A stretch of DNA of 58,659 bases, the filler included, from Dugesia japonica (Eukaryota): NCBI GenBank assembly GCA_001938525.1. It is 5 parts of 5 records of this genome, joined end to end, with 100 filler letters (N's around TTAATTAATTAA, not from the genome) between each part and the next. Parts side by side here need not be neighbours in the genome. Positions count along the whole stretch, not along the records: positions 13,065 to 32,061 come from MQRL01616567.1; positions 32,162 to 40,770 come from MQRL01625328.1; 3 more parts are not named here. One strand, given 5' to 3'. Below the pieces are notes generated by a model that saw only the letters and a list, made by a program, of their open reading frames with translations, had not been told where the DNA came from and made no database searches. The translations under genes and the position numbers were made by a program. Shown here piece after piece: positions 23,398 through 36,857 of this stretch (its first letter is position 1; every line of letters begins with the position of its first letter).

Positions 23398-23689
23398 CTT
23401 AAAATGAATAAAAAAAAATTAATTAAGAAATATGAAAATAGAAAGCCATAACTGTTAAACGCATTAGTTCTACAGTTTTGATAAAGAGATTTCAATTTCT
23501 TGATTGGTATACGATTTTTAATTAACTATTTTTTAAAAATTAGCCGCAATTTGAAATGTTTTAATATATATTTGTTTGATATTATTCTTTTCTGAATTAG
23601 TCCATTTTAATTCAATTTTACTAGAATTTCAAATTCNNNNNNNNNNNNNNNNNNNNNNNNNNNNNNCATGTAATTCGTAGTCAAAAAAG

Positions 23690-24330
23690 AATAAAAGAAA
23701 TGTTTTAATAAATTAATTAATAAATGATAGAGCAGGTTTCGAATCTCACCAGAATAGAACTCGGTAGATTTGATATTGTTGGTGCCAGGTCGTGAAGATT
23801 TCCTTTTTTTGCGGATGAGAGAAAAGTAGAATGGGTTGAAACAATTGAAGCAGAACAGAAAACAAATATTTTGTATCATAAATTGCAAGGCAAACCAAGT
23901 GTTACCTTATCAATTTAAGGAAATAAAGTCGAATGTCTATTAAATACAGGGACTCGAATTAATGTAATGAGTTTGAGTTGTTTTAATAAATTACGAGAAG
24001 TTCATTTAGAACTGAGTGATGAAAGATTGCGTTGTGCAAATAATAGTACACTTGAAATTATTTGGAAAGTTAGAACTGGAGTGATAATTGATGAAGTTTG
24101 CAAAGAGGTTACTTTCTTAGTTGCTGATACCAGATCTGATAGGAGGAATAGATATGCAGAAGAATTTTGGATACCAGCTTATACAAAAGATCGATAGCAA
24201 AACGGATAAAAAGGTAAGAAATTACATTTGTAATATTGAAGCGAAATTTGGGAGACAAATTAAAAAAAAAGAGAGCGATTGACAAGAGCCTTAAATACTT
24301 CGAAGATAAAAGACTGTAAGGATTAAAAAT
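23690..24330 (+). pseudogene. Ty3/gypsy protease fragment
   Basis: GKPSVTLSI*GNKVECLLNTGTRINVMSL...LRCANNSTLEI; same family as the protease at 37.0-37.25 kb. Confidence 0.65.
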
Positions 24331-24515
24331 TAAAATTGAAAGTTTGAATAAGAAAATGTTATAAAATATTTATAAAATATTATAAAATATTTATAAATTT
24401 TATTTATAAAATATTTAAAGAATTTTTTAAAATATTTAAAAACGTTGTTTAAATATTCAGTACTTGAAAAAAAGATTTGTAATTTCGTTTTAAAAATTAA
24501 ATTTTATTGAATTTA

Positions 24516-26250
24516 ATGGACTTTTCGGAAAGTTTATCTGAAACTAACATAGCGACCAACTCTTCAATGGACCTCATTCGAGAAGCCATACACCCTGTAA
24601 TTTACCAGCATGGTGACGACATTAAACAGTTTATCAGTGGTTGCAGCAAATACTTCAAATGTATTAGTGTAAAGAAAAAGGATTAAAACCTCTTGGTGGT
24701 TAGCTTAATTGATCGAGAATTAAGAGAAGCATATGAATGCCAAGATGAATTACTAGATTTTGAGGACCAACTGAGGAAAGCGTTCCACAAATAGACTACT
24801 CTAATATAAAACTTGGAGGAAGCTTTAAAATTTAAGAGAACGGATGAACACGTTTATGTGTACAAAAAAAAGATTTTAGCATTGGTCGATAAAATCTTTG
24901 CATACAAACTAGATAAAAAAGAGATGACACCAAAATAATTAATATTAAATAGTTGCCGCGATAAAAGGATGCATATCAAGATTAAAGGAGGCAAACTAGC
25001 CAACTTAGAAGAGATATTTGAGACAATAAAAACAAATGACGAACTAAAGGAGGACCTGAAAGAAACAGACAATATAAATACGGTGGAAAGTTACAGCAAT
25101 GCAGTAAAAAGAGGCATTGTGAAAGAGCGTTTCTCATGAGTTAACCGAACTCAAAGTGAAGCTAAAAAGAAATTACATGTTGGTCATGTCAGAAGATAGG
25201 TCATATTAACAGAAATGTATCAGAAAAGAAAAGAACGTGTTATGCATGCGGATCAGGGAAACATATAAGAAAAAATTGTGACAAAATTAAATGTCCAAGA
25301 TGTGGAAAAATGGACATCATACAAAACAATGTTATACTAATTTGGAGAAAAGAAGTGTGTGGACTAATGCGAAGACAGAAGAATAATGGAAAAAGAAACG
25401 AAGCAGCAATATACAGCCGAAGAGAGGAAACAAACAGAAGATATGACGATAATAACAGATTCCCAAAACAAAGTGGGAGGANATCAGCCAATAATGGATA
25501 AAGGAAAAGAGACGGCAATAGATATGTAAACTCAATGGTAGAGGAAGATGAGGAGTACATAACGAGAGGAGATAATATTTATTATTACGACGAGGAGACA
25601 AACAAATATAGAGAAGAGACCCAAAACAGGCAAGATTCATTCAAAGTCGAGATGATTGGAATAATGAACTGAAAAACAATCCAGATCGCGATATAAATAT
25701 GTATAGTAAAGGTAGTTTAATTAATAGTATAAAATATGAAAGTAAAGAGGAAAGAGTAAACAGAAAAGTATATGGATTTTTAAAAAAAGATTATAGATAT
25801 ATTTATAATACAGGTATTAAGATAATAAAAGAAACGAGAAATGATGGTAACAAAATAATGGTATTAGAAGAGAATGAAAAAGTACAAATAAATTATGATA
25901 GAATACAAGATAGGCCTAGTCAAGAAGGAAGAAATCAATGAAGATATATGGACTACCTTTTGAACACAGATGCAAAAATAAACGTGATGAGCCTAAATAT
26001 TTTTAGAAGTCTGACAAATGTGGAGCTGATAGGAACTGATGACGTGTAAAAAGAGTCGATGGAGGAAACACCTACAAAAAGAAAATTCCAAGTAAGATAT
26101 GAAGTATTGATAAAACTAGAACACAAAATAATGAAAGATACACTGGCCCATACTAGATCACGGAGAAAGTTCATGAAAGAAGATATCGTATACGAAATGC
26201 AAATGGAAAAGAGCTAGATAGCAATGGATGTAGAGTGATGTAAGGATTAA
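24516..26250 (+). mobile_element. Ty3/gypsy gag (three zinc knuckles) + protease remnant
   Basis: CWSCQKIGHINRN, CYACGSGKHIRKNC, CPRCGK at ~25180-25320; YLLNTDAKINVMSL at ~25955. Confidence 0.75.
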
Positions 26251-26985
26251 AAAGATTCTTCTAATAGAACATTTGTAAATAAACTAACATCAAAAGATAC
26301 CATACACACAGTACTACCTACAACTTCAGAGTTAGAAATAAAATTACAAAAATCAAAGCTATCCTTGCATTCATATTTGGAATCAATCAACGGTTTAATT
26401 GTTTTTATCTAAAAACTTAGCAAGATTATACTGAGCAGTGAGGACCATAGATAACACAGGTCTCATAGGAACATTGGTCTTATGGACTTTAGGAAATTCC
26501 ATGTATAAGGTTCTTGGTTCACAGCCAGCTAAGGTGTATAATCTTCCTTTAACCTTTTACAACAAAATTTGAATGGATAATCAATTTACATTGAACAAAA
26601 TCTATATTCTCATTTTTGATAATAGCCAATCAAAAACAAATCAGGCCATTTTGAAATGAAAAGATAATCCACAAGAAAATAATTTCAATTCGATTACTTT
26701 CATAATTTGACATTAAAATTACTGAGCAAACTAAAAGTAAATCTTTAGAGAAATAATTAAGTAAATGTCAAATCATAACTATTTGGTAATTGGTGTGTAT
26801 AAAAACAAAATAATTAAATATCAAAAAATTATGAAAAATTGTTAAAGTTTTAATCAACAAAAAAGATGAGTTTCTGTACATATTTTTAACCACTCATTAC
26901 GTTAATAAGAATATAATTTTTAAAATATTTGATAATCATAGACACATTCAAGGTTCTTATTTCTACTTCAAATATGTTATTAGTT

Positions 26986-27269
26986 CAGGGATGCACAACA
27001 TACGAACCGCGATTCAAGTCGATGAACAATCCAAAATGTATATTTTAATAGAAATATAATTCTATACAACTAATATTTCACGATTTCACAACGATTTCCT
27101 TCAAAATACTAGCTTCAAAATGACACTTTAACAGTGCTATACTAAATTTTCGAAGTTATGTAGTATAGTATAATAATATCAGTAATGCACAACCTACGAC
27201 CCGAAATGATAGCATGCATGGCCCGCGGCCTTTATTTAAACTGTCTAGAAAAATGATTATGCACCACTG
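26986..27269. mobile_element. hAT/Charlie-type MITE
   Basis: TIRs CAGGGATGCACAAC / ...TATGCACCACTG; 8-bp TSD TATTAGTT/AATTAGTT. Confidence 0.7.
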
Positions 27270-27789
27270 AATTAGTTGAATTTCAACAAACTAGAAAATC
27301 AACTAAATAANAATTAAAATAATTTTAAAAAAACATACACACACATAATATTTTTAAAAACCATAATTCAGCCAATAATCTACTGTATATATATATAAAC
27401 AAAATAAAATATTTTGATAAAAGAATTTTGATACTAATTTTTGCAAATTGTGAAAATATAAGTTTTTAAAAATAATGAAATACACCTGTTAACAAAAAGC
27501 AATTCAGGATTTATTTTCAATTTTTTTCAATACAAATATTAAAATATGGAAATCTGAATCATAATTAGTACACACAAAAAAACGAAAACTAACAAAAAAA
27601 ATTCCATATTATTCATTCTAAAATAGTAATTTTTAGTTTTGCAGATTTTTGAATATTTTCCCTCAACGACATTAATTTGTTTAAATATTACTGATTAAAT
27701 ATTTTTGTAATTAAACATACTGTAAAACATAATTAGTTTTGTATTAAATTAATTAATTGAATTAGTTTATTTTTCTAGAATTTAACTTG

Positions 27790-28846
27790 TAAATTTCATT
27801 AATATAAGAAAAAGCTTCGATCAAAATAAAATTCATTTGTAAAAAGGTTCAAATTTTCGACAATTTTGATCGTAGCCTTTTCTTATTTTAATGAACTCTC
27901 AAATGTCATCAATGGTTAAGTCCAACAATTATTATCCCAATAATTGTAATTATTAACTTGTAAAACAAAATTTTTACTTTTCAATAGAAGCAAAATTCAT
28001 GGATAAAAAATATTTTTAGACCAGATCTACTCTTTTGATAAAACAGAAGGGTTGATTCTACAGTTAGTCAAATTTGGATGAAAAATTCTAGAATAAATTC
28101 AGTTTTTCGTTAATTTCTTGTTAAATACACCAAGATCTTGATTTGTGTCGTTTCGAAGTCGCGTCATTAATAATTCAGTTTGCATAAACCAATTAACAAA
28201 ATAGGTATTTAAATATATCGAAAAGCTTATTCCAATTTGCGTCACCATTCCTCGGTCCCAATTAACAACGCAAATCGGGGTCTTGGTGTATCAATANNNN
28301 NNNNNNNNNNNNNNNNNNNNNNNNNNNNNNNNNNNNNNNNNNNNNNAATTTCATTAAAATAAGAAAAAGCTTCGATCAAAATAAAATTTATTTGTAAAAA
28401 GGTTCAAATTTTCGACAATTTTGATCGTAGCCTTTTATTTTAATGAAATCTCAAATGCCACCAATGGTTAAGTCCAACAATTATTATCACAATAATTGTA
28501 ATTATTAACTTGTAAAACAAAATTTTTACTTTTCAATAGAAGCAAAATTCATGGATAAAAAATATTTTTAGACCAGATCTACTCTTTTGATAAAACAGAA
28601 GGGTTGATTCTACAGTTAGTCAAATTTGGATGAAAAATTCTAGAATAAATTCAGTTTTTCGTTAATTTCTTGTTAAATACACCAAGATCTTGATTTGTGT
28701 CGTTTCGAAGTCGCGTCATTAATAATTCAGTTTGCATAAACCAATTAACAAAATAGGTATTTAAATATATCGAAAAGCTTATTCCAATTTGCGTCACCAT
28801 TCCTCGGTCCCAATTAACAACGCAAATCGGGGTCTTGGTGTATCAA
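27790..28846 (+). repeat. ~500-bp direct duplication across a gap, containing an inverted Penelope-family terminal segment
   Basis: 27793-28296 is nearly identical to 28347-28846. TTCATTAATATAAGAAAAAGCTTCGATCAAAA and its inverse ~50 nt later; the same motif occurs at 31.1, 51.3 and 58.6 kb. Confidence 0.75.
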
Positions 28847-28998
28847 TATTTTCATCAATAGTCTTTTTCAGTTATTCAGGGTTTTTTACTATTAGTTTAT
28901 AATTATAATTTTTTATAACATTAATTTTTTCTTTGAAATTTTTGGTTGTGTTCATAATTAAGGAATTATAAAATATCTTTTGAATTGCATTATATTAA

Positions 28999-30159
28999 CC
29001 CGCCGTTTGTAGCGTGAGAATTTCTCAAGTTGTTGGTCACGCCTGAGCAAATAGCCCCTCTTAGTTCTTTACAAATTAAACGAGGAATATCCAATATTTT
29101 TTGTTTATTTTATTATTTATGATGTATTGTAAATCACTGTTTTTATTTACCAATAAATCCTACTCCTAATGANNCTTTTGACTTGGACGATATCGAATTT
29201 TGTTGATGATAAAATTGAAAATGATGTAGAAGAAGATTTCAGAGAAGATCTGTATTCAGATAACCATTTGGAGTCAGTTAAAGAAAATAAAGAAGTTATG
29301 ACATTGAGTATTGATTTTGGTCAAATTATTAACAGGTTAATAAGAATGTTTAAAAAATCATCTTTAAATCAATCTATTTTGCAACAAAATATAGTTCAAA
29401 AATGGGGGAAAAACTGAAGTTAAAATTGGATATCAAAACAAGATAGAATTCTTTGATTGTAATAATTTGACGATTTTTTTTTACCAAGTTCCAACGACTA
29501 TTTTCAATATTCTTCAAAAAATGCCGGAATTTCATTACAACTGTCTGTACTCTCAGTACACTATAATTATTTATTTTTTTCTGATGTCCCATACGTTGTC
29601 TCCGTACTTTAAAGAATCAGATAATGACGTCATTATGTTAGTAAACAAAAACAAAAATTTTGAAAAAAATTTAAATCCCCCTTTCATATATTCCTGGCTA
29701 CGCTACTGATTGTAATGTTATATAAAGAAAATAAATATATATTTTTTAAAATTTATTTATAAATCAATCAAAAGCATAAAATGATTAAAGTAAATTCAAA
29801 AAATATACAGATACGAAATTTTTTTTATAAATAATGTATTTTGTTCATTACACATAGATTTACAATCAGGACATAATGCTAATGAATGCTCTTTGCATAT
29901 TCTGTTACGGCACACAGAATTTGGTGGTAGTTTTGCGGTTTTTATTCTCTCGATCTTTAGTAAAACACAACTGAAACTCAAGGTAATGTAACTAATATTC
30001 ACAGCCAAATGTATATGGAATTAGTGCATGCGCGTTTTAGCACATAATATTGAAAAAAAAACATGATTCTAGATAAGTAGGCGGACCGATACATGCAAAA
30101 AACTGAAATCATAAAAATCGAGTTGGTGAGCGCTACGCCACCAAGCGACCAACGGCGGG
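28999..30159 (-). mobile_element. Internally deleted piggyBac element
   Basis: TTAA|CCCGCCGTTTG ... CCAACGGCGGG|TTAA. The minus-strand ORF 29796-30008 carries the C-terminal Cys-rich motif VCRNRICKEHSLALCPDC. Confidence 0.85.
29140..29708 (+). mobile_element. hAT transposase fragment/terminus nested in the piggyBac
   Basis: IIN RLIRMFKKSSLNQSILQ...LKLDIKTR*NSL (hAT TRWNS motif); terminus ...CCTGGCTACGCTACTG at 29708. Confidence 0.6.
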
Positions 30160-30399
30160 TTAACAAGCATATTCGTTTCCAAATATGAACTCAACTCAAA
30201 TATTTTGGTCATTATCTAAATCTCATCGAAATTTTTGTTGACGCAGAGCCAAACTAAGGTTGTCAGGTGCCCCGAAAAAACTCATCGTTTGGTGCTCTTC
30301 TCTCTCTGTTCTCCATATTTTCAAATTAATTTAGAGATTTCACTAGCGTAGTCTTTTTAATATTATTCCTCTTCTACAGTTTAACTAAGATTTAATAAT

Positions 30400-31180
30400 C
30401 ACCCTCATTTATATTGACTAAAATCACTAATTGCTAGTGGTTAATAAACTCTAAGCTCTATAGTATGAACATCTCGTATTAAATGTCTTCAAAATGAAAG
30501 CTTTAGACGTTCCGAGTAGTTGGTTTGTTTTATAGTTTCTCGATTAACGAATGTTTTTCCTTACCGGTGTAAACGGTAAATTAAAATTCTAATTCGGAAA
30601 AGCCTTTTCTTTATTCGAGCAGGGTTTGTTAAGATAATATGATGTTTTATTATTCAAGATAATATTCATGCTTTGAAAATATTTCACCGTATTTTCTCAG
30701 TAAGTTATGAAATCAATATTTTCATGTAATGGTAGCTTGGAATTCATTACCAATGGAGGATCATAAGTTTTGACATTTTTTTTATTTGGAACACTTTTAT
30801 CCACTGCTAATGTCGTGATAGTTCCAATCTTTGTATTCGCATACATAATATTTTTCTAAATATCGGTATGACAGATTCTAATGGGTATTTCCTTATTGAT
30901 TGGTTTACTGACGCAGTCTACTTGCTTTAGTCGTTCGCATACTTCTTTGAATAGTTTTTAAATTAAATTAAATTTGGTAATTAATTAAATTAAATTTAGT
31001 AATTAATTAAATTAAATTTTACAATTGCAATTATTGCGAGAATAATTGTTGGACATAACCATTGATCGTTTTACAGAAGTCATTTAATATAAAAGCTTCG
31101 ATCAAAAATTTTGTTTTTTTTATTGATATTTGATAACAATTATATATTACGACCTTGTATTCGTCAGGAATTGACTTTTT
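30400..31180 (-). mobile_element. Penelope-like element 5' region with pLTR and degenerate hammerhead
   Basis: The pLTR segment is shared with 51270-51370 (downstream of a GIY-YIG) and 58585-58659; decayed ORF follows. Confidence 0.5.
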
Positions 31181-31184
31181 AATA

Positions 31185-31800
31185 AAGAAGAGCATAACAT
31201 ATAGAAGAACATAATGAAGTTACAGCAGCTAAATATGACAAATATCGATTGAGAGATGAAATAAAAATTGATGATAAAGTTCTGATAAAAAACAATGCAA
31301 ATGGTGGCTTTAAAAGGCGATATATTGGACCATTTAAAGTAATAAAGAAAATAATTGAATGAGCTTACAATTTGCTTGATGAAAATAGAAACACTTAAAT
31401 TCAAATAAATTACAACCAAATAAAAAGAATACCAAGAGATGAACTTTCCTACAAATTAATTTTAAGTAGCAGAAAACAGCCTTGCCAGTACAACCTGACC
31501 GACAAATTGAGAGCGATATCAGAAGACGTTTTCCAGGAAGAATGACAAGGAATCCGAATCCTCAATATCGATAAAGCAAAGGGAGGAATGTGATATATTT
31601 TTTTTATGATAATATTTAAATATATCTAAATTCAAATTATTGAATATTTAAAATTTTATATTCAAAATATTTAAATGAAGTTGATTTATTTTAATTTTGC
31701 TATTTTATGAAATCTAATTTTAACTTGTTAAATATCTTATTATTTAATATCTACATTTATAAAACAAATATTCAATAATTTGAATTTAATTGTTTTACAT
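31185..31800 (+). mobile_element. Ty3/gypsy 3' end: integrase C-terminus, PPT, start of 3' LTR
   Basis: DKVLIK...RYIGPFKVIKK; PPT AAAGGGAGGAA followed by TGTGATA at 31589. Confidence 0.65.
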
Positions 31801-31809
31801 ATTTATCAG

Positions 31810-32061
31810 AATTCTTTCAGATGTTCGTTTCCCTCCTAACATCGATTCTAGGTTTCGCTCAAATACTATTTCATACGGAGAGTACTTAGTTGTTTTTTTT
31901 GTTGTCGTTCGTAATTCATATTCTATTATTGGTAGCACCGTATTTTAATCTTGCATTTCCCTGTCTCTAGTACTGTGCTAATCATATGTTTCGAAGTTCT
32001 AAATAATCTTTCTACAAATCCGTTTCTTTTAGAGTTATATGGAAATGAAAATGTTTTAATG
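31810..32061 (-). pseudogene. Ty3/gypsy integrase fragment
   Basis: FPYNSKRNGFVERLFRTSKHMI. Confidence 0.65.
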
Positions 32062-33299
32062 NNNNNNNNNNNNNNNNNNNNNNNNNNNNNNNNNNNNNNN
32101 NNNNNTTAATTAATTAANNNNNNNNNNNNNNNNNNNNNNNNNNNNNNNNNNNNNNNNNNNNATTTTAGCCCCTAAATAAAGTGTGGTTTTCTTAATGGTT
32201 CAGCAATAGGTTTAGAACCAATGACATTAATCTCATATTTTAGAATTGAACAATATCCGATTTTAAATACATCTTTAAAATCCAATTTAAATGGATTAAA
32301 ATAATTAATTTTATACAATTGTTTCTGTTTACCCTATACTTATTTGAATTAGATATATTTGATAATTGCGAAATAAAATGTCTGAAATGAATATTCGTGA
32401 CTCGGAAAATAAATTATCTTTAGAAGATTTACCTAAGATGGTGGCAATAGTGGGATTCAAACATCTCTCTTTCGAAGTACATTACCCAAAAACCAATTTA
32501 TTGTCGAATAGTTTATTTAATGTTCTTTACCTTTAATAAAAGATGTATAGGACATCGAATCATGATTACAATAAAACTATTTCAAGCTAATTCGATGTCC
32601 TGGCAACTCGTACAACTTAAACATACAAAAAATACATTTATAGGTGTATATATATGTATAAATGGTGTATAATGTATAATAAAATTGATATCTTAATTTC
32701 TAAAGAAACCTAATCTTTATTAAACAAAGTTGATTGCAAATATAGGAATATAATTTTGGAACAAAGTTATTCTTTAGAGAGATCATCTGACATAATCTTT
32801 TTAGATAAAATTTAGAAATAAAGGTAATATTTAATTTATCCAATTACAACTACAAATGACTTTTATTTTGGAGAAGTCTTTTTGAAAATCACATTTAATT
32901 TTAAAATAATTTCAATGAAATCCTAAACCAAGAAAACAACAAACTCAGTTTTATAATTAATATTTATTTTACTTTTCCGTTGTTATGGTAAATAATTATA
33001 AAATGAAAAGACATTTTTTTTCTGAAAAATTTTACGAATGGTTGATTTGTACATCTGACATAACTTTGCGAGTGGTGGTGATAATAAATAGAACCTAGCA
33101 ACGATAATAAATTAGCAATGTTGAGTAATCGTCAGATTAATTCTAGTCTGAATTCTTATTCAATTTCACCAAATACAGTCAAATGTTAACTTAAATTAAA
33201 TATAAGGGAATTTTTTAGTAATAAACTGCTAGTCGTATATTTCTTTGGTAAATTGTTCATTACTATCGTAAGATTTTCTTTATTTTATTAGTTATTAAC

Positions 33300-33790
33300 G
33301 TTCTGAAGATATTTGGAGAGATAAAAGCTGGATATGAATAACTGGTATGAAGGTAACAAGAAATTAAAACGTATTTTGTACCCTTGAAATTTTTGTTAAA
33401 GAAAAATAATGTAATGTCAATACTAGTTTGGATACACCCGATTTCAGAGGTTAAACCACACTGGGCCTCGTTGGTACTTATAACGTGAGCAGTGTCGACT
33501 AAGTCAGGTTCGTGTTTGGTTAGAGATAATTTTATGGATTTTCCAGTGCAAGAAAAGGTCCACCAGTTCATGCCTGGATTCTTTCGTATTGGACTGGATC
33601 CGAATAAATCCTTTCAACTTCTTTTAGAAGTACCTGCCTTTGAAAAGTTTTTATCAGTAGATCGTCAAAGGTACACTCAAATGCAGCTAACACATTCTTG
33701 ATTCGATCTACGATGCACAGTAATGGGGTCTTTAGTCCGAAAATGGTATTGTTTATCGATGCGTGCTAATATGTAGTTCTTTTTTGATTT
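33300..33790 (-). pseudogene. Ty3/gypsy RT-RNase H fragment
   Basis: Frameshifted IP(F)GLKTP and VYLDDLLI, then an RNase H-linker-like IKLSLTKHEPD...VISTNEAQCG. Confidence 0.6.
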
Positions 33791-34559
33791 CTTTTAAGAA
33801 TCAAAAAAAGATTAGAATTAATCAATATTCCTATAACTATTATTAGTTAAAATTTAAGTCCCACAAGTCTCCATAAATTGTTTATTGATTATTACAAGTC
33901 TTTTATTAAAATTAAAACTATGAAATAACAATTCACAAATTTCAAACAAATAATCTGAGAAATCTGAAAATATTTTTCAAAAATGTTGATTTTTTAAATA
34001 CCAAAATTTAATTATTTTTAAACCTAATTTTACCAAATAATTTTNNNNNNNNNNNNNNNNNNNNNNNNNNNNNNNNNNNNNNNNNNNNNNNNNNNNNNNN
34101 NNNNNNNNNNNNNNNTAATTTTTACAAAATAATTTTTATAATTTTATAATTTAAAATTTTGAAATACTTTTATTTTACGATAATTTTTTATTATAGGTTT
34201 ACAAAATAATTTCATAATTTTGCCAAATATAATATATAGAATTTATTCAATTAATTTTTATTTTTAAAAAAACCAATTATAATATTATATATAAAAATTA
34301 AAGAATCTCAAATATTTGAAATTCAAGAATCGATACTCACATCCCCCTCTTGAAACGTTTTTCCACATTTCTTTAAATCATCTTGCCTTCTGAACTCTTC
34401 AGCAGGTATCGTCTTTCATGAATCTGTTTTATCACCTCGTACGGACCAGTGTATCTTTCTTTGTCTTTTGATCTGTTTTCTGCCTTGATTAGCACCTCGT
34501 CTCCAACTTGAAAAGGTCTCTTATTCAATTATTCAGGTTCTTACTTCCTTTTACCATTA

Positions 34560-35260
34560 TTTAACCATCGTTCTCTATGTATCTACCTACCGTATATCAC
34601 TTCTGCTGGACTTATGCCCAAGGTCTTCTGGGTTGTTGCATTTAGAGTATATTCGATATCTGGTATTAAATCTGCCTAATTTTTATTCTTTTTATCTTTT
34701 AATGTTGTATTGATGTAATCCCTGATCGTTCTGAATTGACGTTCTACTATTCCGTTTGTATTATGATGATATGGACTGGAAAAGTAAATTGTTGTATTCA
34801 TTGAATCTGTCATTTCTTTGAAGGCTTTCGATTCGAACATTTTCCCAGAATCTACAAGTATCTCATTTGGAGCACCAAATCTAAGTATCCATTTATCAAT
34901 AATCGTTTTCTTTATTGATTCCTCATCTTCTTTAACTAGGGCTGTTATGCAAATGTATCTGCTAAATTTATCTATTATGGCGCATATATCTTTTTCTTTA
35001 TACATTTTCTTGGAAAGGCCCACAGATATCCAACAAAAACTCTCAAATAGTTCATTAGCCAATAATTTTAAAATTTCCTGCTTGGTTCTAATTGTTATTA
35101 CTTTGTTCATTTGGCATGCTGTACATTCTTTAATTACTTTTGGTACAGTTTATCTTAACTCTTCCATTTCATATTCGTTTTTCAAATAATTGATGAATTT
35201 TTCCGTGCCTGCGTGCATCAATAATTTATGGATTTCTTTTACCAGTTGAATTTTCTTTTC
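34560..35260 (-). pseudogene. pol: Integrase domain
   Basis: HAG...ECTAC zinc finger, IIDKFSRY, VDSGKMFES, NGIVER. Confidence 0.88.
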
Positions 35261-35479
35261 TGATGGGATCCATATTTTGCCGTCTTTTGTTTTTATTAAT
35301 CGAAACTTTTTACATGTTCTAGTTTTGATATTATTCTTTATCTGTTCAATTTCTTCTACGTTACTTTGCCATATATAGGTATCTGAACCTGATATACCAT
35401 TAATTGTTCTTGTCTTTATTTTTCATTCCTTTGGATTCTCATGATCTATTAAGCATTGTACACACGCACCACAATTCAT

Positions 35480-36100
35480 AATAGACAGCATATCTGCATT
35501 CGTGTGTTTCAAACCTTGTCTAAATTCCAATACCATACCTAGGTTACTAAGAAAATTCATCTATGTCTGATATTGCGGAGTAATTGGCTTGTTTGTTTTT
35601 TTCATAAATGCTATCGCCATGTGATCTGTTCTCACCAAAAATCTTTCTCCATACAGATAATGTTTAAAATGGTTACAAAAATAGTAAATGGCCAATATTT
35701 CTTTTCTTGTTATACAATTTCCCTTTTCATGAGCTGACATTACATGTGACCCATATGCAATGACTTGTTCTACACCTCTTCCATCTATTTGCGATAAAAC
35801 TGCTTCGATGGCATCAAAGCTCGCATCTGTATCTAGTACAAATATCTTTTTGATATCGGGAAAACTCAATATCGGTGCTTTTGTTAATGCCTCTTTCATC
35901 TCATTAAAAGATTTATCACAACTTTCCGACCACACAAGATTTGTATTATTACTTCCACATAGCTCTTCAAAGCTTCTAGCTTTCTTTGAGTAATTATTGA
36001 TAAACCGTCTATAGTAATTATATATTCCCAAAATGTTTCTCAAGTTCTTTACACATTTAGGTCTTCCGAAATATTTTATCGCTTCAATTTTTATTGGATC
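35480..36100 (-). pseudogene. pol: RNase H domain
   Basis: DTDAS...EILAI...VRTDH. Confidence 0.9.
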
Positions 36101-36109
36101 GGTTCAAAC

Positions 36110-36857
36110 TCAATTCTTGTCTATGACATATCCTAAAGATTTGACTTCTGCTCGCAATAAATGACATTTTCCAGGAATAATTCTCAATCCTGATTCTTGA
36201 ATTCTTTTAAAAACTTGGTCTAAAATTCTACAGTGCTGCTCTAGATTTTCTGAAAATATCACTATATCATCCATGTATACCATCGTTCCTCTCAATTTTC
36301 ATAATAATTTTGTCATTAATTATTTTAAACGTTCCAGGTGCTGCAGCTATACCAAAATGCGTTCTTGTGAAACGATACCGTCCAATTTTCGCAGAAAATG
36401 TTGTTTTCTGTTGTGAATCTTTATGTAACGGAAGTTGATAATATGCATTACCCAAATCAATAGTACTAAAATATCTTGAACCACTCAAATTGTCTAGTAT
36501 TTCCTCAACATTGGGCACGGGAAATGCCTATCTTTCTGTGATTGTATTCAGTTTTCTAAAATTAAGACATAATCGAACGTCTTTCCTTTCTTTTTTCCAA
36601 ACACATATTAACGGAGTGTTCCATTGAGAATTACACTTTCTAATAATGCCATTGTCAAACAAATTCTTCATGGCTTCATTGATCTTATTCTCTAAATGCA
36701 TTGGTTGTCTCCATGGTTTTGTATACATTGGTTCTCCATTTGTGATTATTTGATGTTCTGCCATAGTTGTTCTGCCGATATCCCGGTTGTCTCCCATGAA
36801 TATTCCTTTATGAATCCTTATAACTTCCTCTAAATTCTCATTTGGCTTGTTAATCAA
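36110..36857 (-). pseudogene. pol: Reverse transcriptase domain (frameshifted)
   Basis: ORFs 36528-36857, 36267-36518 and 36110-36295, with YMDD. Confidence 0.92.

Noticed and set aside
27793-28846. Biological tandem duplication
   Set aside because: Nearly identical copies directly flanking an N gap; most likely an unmerged contig overlap.
32162-32900. Possible Penelope RT remnant (also 26260-26660)
   Set aside because: Only faint motif traces; too decayed to support by eye.
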